Positions 57,436 through 64,000 of a stretch of 64,000 bases of DNA are shown here, in pieces (position 1 is the first letter of the stretch; each line of letters starts with the position of its first letter). Under the pieces are notes generated by a model that saw only the letters and a program-made list of their open reading frames with translations, did not search any database and was not told where the DNA came from. Origin of the DNA: an uncultured Verrucomicrobiota bacterium (GTDB taxonomy: Bacteria > Verrucomicrobiota > Verrucomicrobiia > Palsa-1439). The position numbers and the translations under genes were made by a program. The DNA lies in assembly GCA_964566575.1 (NCBI GenBank), contig CAZMKD010000260.1:521-64520 (forward strand), given 5' to 3'.

Positions 57436-58326
57436 ATGAATGGCGCTCAGATGCGGGGACTTGTTTTGTGGGTGGTCGGCTCGCTCGTGCTCTCGACTTC
57501 GGCGCGCGGCTCGTTCCACTTCATGCAGATCGAGCAGGTCATCGGCGGCGTCAACGATGACACTTCCGCCCAAGCGATCCAATTGCGCATGCGCTCCGCC
57601 GGCCAGAACGTTGTGAGCTTGGCGAGACTGGTTGCGTATGATGCCGCGGGTCTGAACCCGGTGATCGTCATAGATATGACCAGCAACGTCAGCAGCAACG
57701 CGGCGGGCGACCGCGTCTTGATCGTCAGCACCAACTTCGCGAACTATTCCAGCCCGGTGATGGCCGCCGATTTCGTGATGACCAACTTGATTCCGACGAA
57801 CTACCTCGCCGCCGGGCGGCTGACGTTCGAGGCGAATGCCGGCGCGATCTACTGGTCGTTGAGCTGGGGCGGCACAAACTACACCGGCCCGGCCACCGTC
57901 AGCACACTCAACGACGACAACGGCACCAGCACGCCCGCCTTCAACGGACCGTTGCCAACAAGCAGCACCCAATCGCTTCTGTTCACCAACATCGCCTCAG
58001 CCTTGAGCCGCAGCAATATCGTCGACTACATAATCACGTCCGGCAGCGCCGTGTTCACCAACAACCTGCGCGCCGGGTTCGTGGTCGTGCCGGCGCCGGT
58101 GATGTTGACCTTCACGAATGAGGGCAATGATGTGCGTGTCCCGTGGACGGCGGCCGGCGGACGCAGCTACGTGTTGGAAGCAGTGTCCGGCAGCGTCGTG
58201 AACGGGTTCACGAACATTACCGGCACGATTGCCGTGCCGGGCGTCGGCCTCACGACCACCAACGCCCTCGATGTCGACGGCGCGACGAACTCCGCCCGCT
58301 TCTACCGCGTCCACCTCTTGCCCTGA
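57436..58326 (+). CDS. Secreted hypothetical protein, Ser/Thr/Asn-rich (296 aa).
   Basis: Signal peptide MRGLVLWVVGSLVLSTSARG. The start may be ATG 57451. Confidence 0.65.
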   Translation: MNGAQMRGLVLWVVGSLVLSTSARGSFHFMQIEQVIGGVNDDTSAQAIQLRMRSAGQNVVSLARLVAYDAAGLNPVIVIDMTSNVSSNAAGDRVLIVSTNFANYSSPVMAADFVMTNLIPTNYLAAGRLTFEANAGAIYWSLSWGGTNYTGPATVSTLNDDNGTSTPAFNGPLPTSSTQSLLFTNIASALSRSNIVDYIITSGSAVFTNNLRAGFVVVPAPVMLTFTNEGNDVRVPWTAAGGRSYVLEAVSGSVVNGFTNITGTIAVPGVGLTTTNALDVDGATNSARFYRVHLLP

Positions 58327-58364
58327 CCTGCCGCTTATTATAAGCTGGTCACTGATGGCGTCCT

Positions 58365-58635
58365 CTCTCGCGAACACTCCTGAGCCGCCGTATTGCGCGG
58401 TCATCTTCACCTCGGTGCGCACCGACGGCGACCGGGGGTACGACCGGACGGCGGAGCGGATGGACTCGGCATCACGGTGTCATACTGGACGAGCGAGGAC
58501 GCCATCAAGAATTGGAAAGCCAACGCCGAACACCGCGTGGCGCAGGAGGCCGGTATGAAAACGTGGTACGCGGATTACCGGCTGCGCATCGCTAAGGTCG
58601 AGCGCGCGTACGGCAAACCGAACAAATCCGTTTAA
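58365..58635 (+). pseudogene. Antibiotic-biosynthesis-monooxygenase (ABM) domain gene disrupted by an internal deletion of about 70 nt with a frameshift.
   Basis: Frame 0 gives MASSLANTPEPPYCAVIFTSVRTDGDRGYDRTAERM. Frame +1 gives ...DGLGITVSYWTSEDAIKNWKANAEHRVAQEAGMKTWYADYRLRIAKVERAYG. Both overlap the same nucleotides gcggatggactcggc at 58449..58463. The expected ~23-aa segment LAxxQPGFLGxES.R is missing. Confidence 0.6.
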
Positions 58636-58653
58636 CGATGTGTCCGAGGTAAC

Positions 58654-58881
58654 ATGAAACGCAACTGGTTCAAGCGTTGGGGTTGGGTCTATATGCCGGC
58701 GTCCGTACCGGGCGGGGTCGTGGCGTTGATGGCGCTGGCGTTCTGCGTGCACGTTTTTCTCGCAGTGGACCGTGGCTCACATTCGGCGAGCGACACGCTC
58801 TACGGAGTGTTTCCCTATTTCGTGTGCACGTTCCTGGTCTACGACTGGATTGCCACCCGAACCTGCGGCCGGGTGAGTTGA
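58654..58881 (+). CDS. Possible small two-TM membrane protein (75 aa).
   Basis: MKRNWFKRWGWVYMPASVPGGVVALMALAFCVHVFLAV...YFVCTFLVYDWIA. The only support is hydrophobicity and its position just upstream of the YdjM-like gene. Confidence 0.35.
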   Translation: MKRNWFKRWGWVYMPASVPGGVVALMALAFCVHVFLAVDRGSHSASDTLYGVFPYFVCTFLVYDWIATRTCGRVS

Positions 58882-58888
58882 GGATCGA

Positions 58889-59794
58889 GTGGACACCGTC
58901 ACCCACGCGTTGACCGGCGCGGTCGTTGGCTACTGCGGTTTCCGAAAGCGCGGCGGGAAATTGGCGCTGTGGACGACAATCGCCGCCGCGGAGTTTCCCG
59001 ACACCGACATTCTCATGGCGACGTTTGGCGGGGAGACGTATCTGCGCTGGCATCGCAGTTTCACGCACTCGGCGTTGATGCTGCCGTTCTGGGCAATGGT
59101 CGTCGCGGCCATCTTCTGGGCGTTCTCAAAACGGTCGGACTACCGGCTGCTGTGGCTGGCGGCGTGTGCCGGGCTCGCGTCGCATTTACTGCTGGATTGG
59201 ATCACGAGTTACGGGACGATGCTGCTGTGGCCGGTCACGGATGGCCGCTACGAATTGAGCTGGGTGTTCATCCTCGATCCGTACATGTGGGCGTTGCTCG
59301 GCGTGGCATTGTGGGCCGTGATCCGCACACAGCGCGAGCACGTCGCGCGGACGGGACTTGCGGTCGTGACTGGCTACATCTTGATGTGCGGCATACTGCA
59401 TTGGCTGGCCCTGCCCCGCCACGCCGCCGGCACTGTGCGCGCGTATGCGCAGCCGCTCAATCCGTTTCGCTGGGTCGTCGTGCGCGACTCCGGTGACACG
59501 ATCGAGTGGAGCGACGGTGAACACACGAAGATGTTCACGCAATTTCGCGACGAGACGTTGCTGTCCAGAGCGGAAGCGACGGATGCGGTGAAGCTGTTCC
59601 GGTGGTTTGCGGTTTCCCCGCTCGTCGAACAAACCCACGAAAACGGTCACACGGTGTTGCGCTACCGGGACCTTCGGTTTCGCTCCCGGATGCCGTGGGG
59701 TGACGTGCGGGAGGGGATGTTCATCATCGCGAAGGTTGTGTTCGACCAGCGCGGACACGTCATTGCGGCCAAGCTGGCCAGCGAGGACCGGTAG
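58889..59794 (+). CDS. Membrane-bound metal-dependent hydrolase, YdjM/DUF457 family.
   Basis: MDTVTHALTGAVVGY, RSFTHSALMLP, HLLLDWITSYG. 301 aa. Confidence 0.8.
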   Translation: MDTVTHALTGAVVGYCGFRKRGGKLALWTTIAAAEFPDTDILMATFGGETYLRWHRSFTHSALMLPFWAMVVAAIFWAFSKRSDYRLLWLAACAGLASHLLLDWITSYGTMLLWPVTDGRYELSWVFILDPYMWALLGVALWAVIRTQREHVARTGLAVVTGYILMCGILHWLALPRHAAGTVRAYAQPLNPFRWVVVRDSGDTIEWSDGEHTKMFTQFRDETLLSRAEATDAVKLFRWFAVSPLVEQTHENGHTVLRYRDLRFRSRMPWGDVREGMFIIAKVVFDQRGHVIAAKLASEDR

Positions 59795-59859
59795 GTGTAC
59801 GGCGCTCTAGCAGAGCCGAGGACTATGATCAACGCCCATCGGCGGTCAATAGACCGCCG

Positions 59860-60906
59860 CTACAGTCTGACTTCCCGGCCCGTGCGCGCGGATCGGTAAA
59901 TCGCGTCGAGAATCTTCTGCACGGCCAGCGATTGAGCCGGTGAGACCAGCGGCTTCGTGCCGTCGAGCACGCAATCGACGAAGTGATGCAATCGGTCCTC
60001 GGGATACTTCAGCTTCCCGTGCTCGGGGCTGATGACTTCATAATTGTCGCGGCGACGACGGTAGATTTTCGCCGGGAAAACCGAGCCGCCGCCGTCTGTG
60101 CCGAACACATGCACGCCATACCCGTGGTCGCCGACGTGCGCCACCCAGGACGCTTCGAGGATGAGCGACTGACCGCCTTTGAGTTTGATCAACGCGGCAG
60201 CATAATCTTCCACGTCAAATACCGCTTTCTCGTCAATCTCGCTCATCCCCCACCCGCCGCCGCCGAGTCCACGCGGACCGAACGCGGCGTGGGTGACGCC
60301 GGTGACAGCGACAGGTTCGAAGCTGTCCATCAAATGCAACGCGAGGTCGAGCATGTGCACGCCGATGTCCACCAGCGCGCCCCCGCCAGCGAATTTCTTT
60401 TGTGTGAACCACGAGCCGATGCGGGGGATGCCGCCGCGGCGAATCCACCACGCCCGGGCGTGATAAATCTCACCGAGCGCGCCGCGTTCGATGAACCGCT
60501 TGAGCATCTGCGCGTCGCGCGTGAACCGCTGGTTCTGCCCGACCATAAGAACGCGCCGCGCTTTCTTCGCGGTCGCGATGACGACGGCCGCTTGCCGGGC
60601 GTTCATCGCGAACGGCTTGTCGAGGTGCACGTGCTTGCCGGCCTTCAGTGCGTCGATCGTGACGGGGGCATGCAGATAGTTCGGCAGCGCGATGCTGACG
60701 GCGTCCACGTCGCCGCAGGCCAGCAACTTCCGGTAATTGTCGAACTGGCGGGCGACGTGAAAGCGGTCGGCGGCTTCGGTGAGACGTTGCCGGCTGGAAT
60801 CAGCGATGGCGACGAGTTCGGCGCGACGGCACCGGCGAATGGCGTCCATGTGATGACGGCCAATCTGACCGGCCCCGATGACGGCAATGCGGAGTTTTCG
60901 GTTCAT
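59860..60906 (-). CDS. Gfo/Idh/MocA family oxidoreductase.
   Basis: LRIAVIGAGQIGRHH, HLDKP motif. 348 aa. Confidence 0.85.
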   Translation of the reverse strand: MNRKLRIAVIGAGQIGRHHMDAIRRCRRAELVAIADSSRQRLTEAADRFHVARQFDNYRKLLACGDVDAVSIALPNYLHAPVTIDALKAGKHVHLDKPFAMNARQAAVVIATAKKARRVLMVGQNQRFTRDAQMLKRFIERGALGEIYHARAWWIRRGGIPRIGSWFTQKKFAGGGALVDIGVHMLDLALHLMDSFEPVAVTGVTHAAFGPRGLGGGGWGMSEIDEKAVFDVEDYAAALIKLKGGQSLILEASWVAHVGDHGYGVHVFGTDGGGSVFPAKIYRRRRDNYEVISPEHGKLKYPEDRLHHFVDCVLDGTKPLVSPAQSLAVQKILDAIYRSARTGREVRL

Positions 60907-60940
60907 CCAGCCATCAGTGATAACAGGTGAGTGCGAAGTG

Positions 60941-61843
60941 TCAATACTTCCGCAACACCCGCGCCCACGGACGAAGTTGGCCGCGCCAGTTCATGAGGCT
61001 TTCCGGATTCTCCGAGGTGGCTGGGCCGAGGTAGTAATAGAAAACGGCTTGGACGCCAGCCGCGCGGTTCACGCGCAGGATGCGGTCGAGCGCGTCGGCT
61101 TCCGGAAGGTTCGGGCCGCCGCCTTCGTCGAGGTACCGCAGGATGCTAGTCTCGGTGTTCCAGACGGGCCGGCCAGTGGTGAATCGGAGACGGCGGACGA
61201 GATCGATGTAATCGCGTTGGCGATCAGGACTGGGGTCACCGGTATAGGTGTAGTGGAAGCTGATGATGTCGCAATGCTGGGCGAGGCCGGCGGCGAGATA
61301 CGCCGCCATGTATCCGCTGTCGAGCGAGGAGACACTGCCGGCGATGACGGTGCCGGCGTGGTTGCGGCGAATAACGAGCGCGGCTTGCCGGACCATCTCG
61401 ACGTATTCGGCCGGCGTGCGGCGACCACCGAACGCGATGGTGTCCGGCTCGTTCCAGACTTCCCAGTACCGGACTTGAGCCCGGTAGCGTTGGGTAACGG
61501 CGTCGACGTAGTCCATCCACAGGCTGGTGCCGTTGTGCAGCGTAAGGTCCGGCAACCCATCAGCGGCGCAACGCCACGGTTGCCGGGTGTAGAGAACGGC
61601 GACGGGGGTAAGCCCGGCGCGGTGCATCTTCGCGAGTTCGGCGGAGCAATCAACCCATTGGTTGGTTTGCGGTTCGATATGGTTACCACGCAACACGTCC
61701 TTGAAATCCCATAATCGAATTAGCCGGGTGCCGAGCGCAGCGGCGTACCGGTAATCCGTGGAGTGGATGCCGGTGATGAGTGGGCGACCAATTTCGGCCA
61801 TGGCGACTTGCGCCCACAGCATGGCCACAAGCAGCACCGACAT
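60941..61843 (-). CDS. Secreted glycoside hydrolase, TIM-barrel clan GH-A (GH5/GH39-like).
   Basis: The start is trimmed to ATG 61843 (signal peptide MSVLLVAMLWAQVAMA). Catalytic-acid NEP motif YWEVWNEPD. The nucleophile Glu is probably in VWNTETS. Confidence 0.75.
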   Translation of the reverse strand: MSVLLVAMLWAQVAMAEIGRPLITGIHSTDYRYAAALGTRLIRLWDFKDVLRGNHIEPQTNQWVDCSAELAKMHRAGLTPVAVLYTRQPWRCAADGLPDLTLHNGTSLWMDYVDAVTQRYRAQVRYWEVWNEPDTIAFGGRRTPAEYVEMVRQAALVIRRNHAGTVIAGSVSSLDSGYMAAYLAAGLAQHCDIISFHYTYTGDPSPDRQRDYIDLVRRLRFTTGRPVWNTETSILRYLDEGGGPNLPEADALDRILRVNRAAGVQAVFYYYLGPATSENPESLMNWRGQLRPWARVLRKY

Positions 61844-61958
61844 TCTAGTTAATCGTGAACCCGGCATGATCGAATCAGAAACCATCCCACACAGGAAGTC
61901 AATCGCCACGCGGGAAAGGATTGCAACGGGCAACCGGCTTTCTTACGGTGGTGGCATC

Positions 61959-62987
61959 ATGGTACCGCTCGAACCCGGTCTGCTCCCGCAACTCAGCGAG
62001 TTTCTCGCCGCGGGTTTTCCACAACAGCCCGTCGAAGATTTCGCCAGCCCGGGAGTTTTGCGGTGGAAATACTTTGATCCGCGCGAATCGGACAACGGCC
62101 CACGGAGCTTTGTCGCACTCGCGGACGGCAAGATTGTCGCGCATGCGGGATACTGCACAACGTCGTTTCAACGAATGGGACAACCGACATTCGAAGTTCC
62201 CGCCGTGAGCATGATTGATTGGTATTCGCTGCCGTCGCACCGGCCGATGGGCGCGCTGCTGATGTTGAAAGTGTTTCGCCGCGCCGGGACGCAATACACG
62301 CTCGGCTGCTCGGCGGAGGCGGCGGAGGTGATTTTGTCGAGTGGTTATTCGATCATCGCGACCGTGCCGCACTACCAGCGCGTCTTCAATGCCGGCCATT
62401 TCTTCCGGTTGGCCGCTCGCAATCCGCACTGGAGAAACGTCGCGGTCCAACTGCGCGACTTCGGCCGGAGCATCTGCAATCGCGGCCGCGCTCCGTCGGT
62501 GGCGATCGAGTTGCAGCGCGTGGAAACGTTCGGCCCGGAACTTGATTCGTTGTTGGCGAATGGAAAGCTAGATGTCGTGTTCTCGTCGCGCCGCGCGAGT
62601 TTGCTGAATCATTACCTGCGCTATCCACGCAAGACGGTGACCGGCTGGTTGGTCCGGCGGGAGGGACAACCGGTCGGCGCGGCGCTGCTGAATGGCTGGG
62701 AGAAACATGGCGTGCGCGTGGGTAAGATTGTGGATTGCTGTCTGGCGGTGGATTCGGACAAGACATGGCACGCCGCGATTTTCGCCCTGACCGAAGAACT
62801 GCGCCAGCAAGCCTGCGATGTCGTCAATTGTTATGCGAGCACACCGTGGATGAATCAGGCGTTGCAGGACAGCGGCTTTTCGCAATCGGGATCGACGCCG
62901 TTCTATTTACGCGACCCCGGCAACCTCATTCCGCGGACAGCGCCGTTCCATCTGACGCACCTGGAGGCGGACTTAGCACTTCTTTGA
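61959..62987 (+). CDS. GNAT-fold acyltransferase (FemAB/Acetyltransf_6-like).
   Basis: The start is uncertain: ATG 61959 has a GGTGG Shine-Dalgarno-like sequence, while the track starts are 61758 and 61866. It is divergent from the glycoside hydrolase gene. Confidence 0.6.
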   Translation: MVPLEPGLLPQLSEFLAAGFPQQPVEDFASPGVLRWKYFDPRESDNGPRSFVALADGKIVAHAGYCTTSFQRMGQPTFEVPAVSMIDWYSLPSHRPMGALLMLKVFRRAGTQYTLGCSAEAAEVILSSGYSIIATVPHYQRVFNAGHFFRLAARNPHWRNVAVQLRDFGRSICNRGRAPSVAIELQRVETFGPELDSLLANGKLDVVFSSRRASLLNHYLRYPRKTVTGWLVRREGQPVGAALLNGWEKHGVRVGKIVDCCLAVDSDKTWHAAIFALTEELRQQACDVVNCYASTPWMNQALQDSGFSQSGSTPFYLRDPGNLIPRTAPFHLTHLEADLALL

Positions 62988-63956
62988 AGCCAAGCGCTGC
63001 TTCCACTGCCGCAACCGGTAATGGAGCAACAGATCGGACCGGCACAACTCGCATTGCCGGAGAAAATCCTCGCGGCCGTACAGGCAAAATCGTCCGAGCG
63101 TCATCGCGTTCTCGATAGGCAAGTAATTCTTCTGGTGGTCGCAGGTGATGCCGAGTTGCAGGCCGAGCGACCGGCAAATCTTGATCGTCTCCTCCGAATA
63201 ATCGCCGTTGGGATACGCAATCGCGTTTGGCACTTTGCCGGTAATTTCCTGGAGGTAGCGCTGGCCGCCTTCGACTTCCCCCGTGATGGTCGCGGCCGAA
63301 CAGCGCGATAGAAGCGCGTGGTTGCTCGCGTGATTGCCAATGACAACATGCCGATCCTTCGCGAAGTCCCGCAACTCAGTCGCGGTAAACGGCCGGTCGA
63401 TGTCGCTGACCGGCTTCAGACTTTCGGCGCCGAACTCAGCGGCCAAGTAATCGTCGATCTCGGCGGGTGTCTTGGCCATGACCACGGCGACTTCGGCGTG
63501 AATGGTGTCTAGTGACACCTGACGGCGGTTGCGCTCCCGGTAGAGTACGTCCCACCAATAAGCTTTGCTGTCCCGGACATGATTGGCAGAAATGAAGAAC
63601 ACCGCCGGCACATCGAACTCATCGAGCACCGGCAAGGCGCGGCGGTTGTTGAAGTAGCCGTCGTCGAACGTGATCATCGCGTAGTGTCCGCCCGCCGGCA
63701 ATCCACGGATGAGGTCATCGGGCGAAACGAACTGGTAGCCATGTTGCCGGTAGTACTCGATGAACCGACGAAAGAGCGCCACGGTGATGGCTTGCTGCGG
63801 GTCGGCGAGTCTTTGCTCGATCTCCTGTTGGTCGGCGAACAACCCGTGATGCATGAAGACCAGCAAGGCGCTGCGCTCCCGGAAAAGTTTCAAGGCCAGC
63901 CGTGAGCCGGCATCGTCTACAGCCTTGATTATGGCACTGAAGTTGAGCGCGCTCAC
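62973..63956 (-). CDS. Polysaccharide deacetylase family protein (NodB homology domain).
   Basis: MITFDDGY motif, HAS/NH motifs (VIGNHASNHA). The frame stays open upstream of GTG 63956 to the window end, so the true start may lie outside the window. Confidence 0.8.
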   Translation of the reverse strand: MSALNFSAIIKAVDDAGSRLALKLFRERSALLVFMHHGLFADQQEIEQRLADPQQAITVALFRRFIEYYRQHGYQFVSPDDLIRGLPAGGHYAMITFDDGYFNNRRALPVLDEFDVPAVFFISANHVRDSKAYWWDVLYRERNRRQVSLDTIHAEVAVVMAKTPAEIDDYLAAEFGAESLKPVSDIDRPFTATELRDFAKDRHVVIGNHASNHALLSRCSAATITGEVEGGQRYLQEITGKVPNAIAYPNGDYSEETIKICRSLGLQLGITCDHQKNYLPIENAMTLGRFCLYGREDFLRQCELCRSDLLLHYRLRQWKQRLASKKC

Positions 63957-64000
63957 GACAGAATGCCGAACGCCATCGTGCGGCCGGGATTCTCGATCAA

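Noticed and set aside
59983-61714. Plus-strand ORFs 59983..60930 and 60878..61714.
   Set aside because: They are antisense to the Gfo/Idh/MocA and glycoside hydrolase genes. They show no domain signals.
1-64000. tRNA, rRNA, CRISPR arrays, IS elements or transposases, and integrases.
   Set aside because: I saw no tRNA-like T-arm (GGTTCGAATCC-type) sequences. I found no repeat-spacer arrays. I found no transposase or integrase-like ORFs. The only repeats found are the intragenic tandem domain repeats, the heptamer, and the segmental duplication.

Overview
This 64-kb window is a high-GC (roughly 60-65% by eye) bacterial chromosomal segment. I found no rRNA, tRNA, CRISPR array or IS element. I call about 58 protein-coding loci, many joined by 4-nt ATGA/GTGA start-stop overlaps. 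The supplied ORF track omits ORFs that run off a window edge, for example the long minus-strand gene at 1..1434.

Housekeeping genes: glnD, pdxJ-acpS, fabI, pssA-psd, an LptF/LptG-family permease, a GmhB-like phosphatase, an M20 peptidase and two sigma-70-type regulators.

Carbohydrate and envelope genes: a glycogen-debranching enzyme, a ThuA/ThuB-like pair, a glycoside hydrolase with an NEP motif, a polysaccharide deacetylase, and a carbamoyltransferase-DUF5989-SxtJ-SGNH module.

Secreted proteins: a 1635-aa S8 subtilase with four choice-of-anchor-D-like repeats, in an apparent operon with a 78-aa ORF and a secreted protein whose C-terminal region resembles a stretch of the subtilase (possible shared pre-peptidase C-terminal-like domain).

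The standout is an exceptional density of GT-C-fold polytopic membrane proteins, at least 11. They centre on a 16-kb island at 33.4-49.4 kb. It holds three tandem, translationally coupled STT3/PglB-like paralogs. Their WWDYG motif is rewired to x-W-G-G-Y, while the downstream K-x-x-V-D-G-(G/R) spacing of PglB is kept exactly. The island also carries a DUF2723/TMEM260-like gene, GT39-like genes, a membrane-embedded spermidine-synthase-like fusion and recent segmental duplications. An orphan sigma54 enhancer-binding response regulator sits next to it, preceded by a palindrome-rich regulatory region.

Four loci look like pseudogenes: five in-frame stop codons across three genes, plus one internal deletion. 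The taxon cannot be fixed from sequence alone. The choice-of-anchor D repeats, high GC and GT-C richness are compatible with Verrucomicrobiota/PVC or Acidobacteriota.
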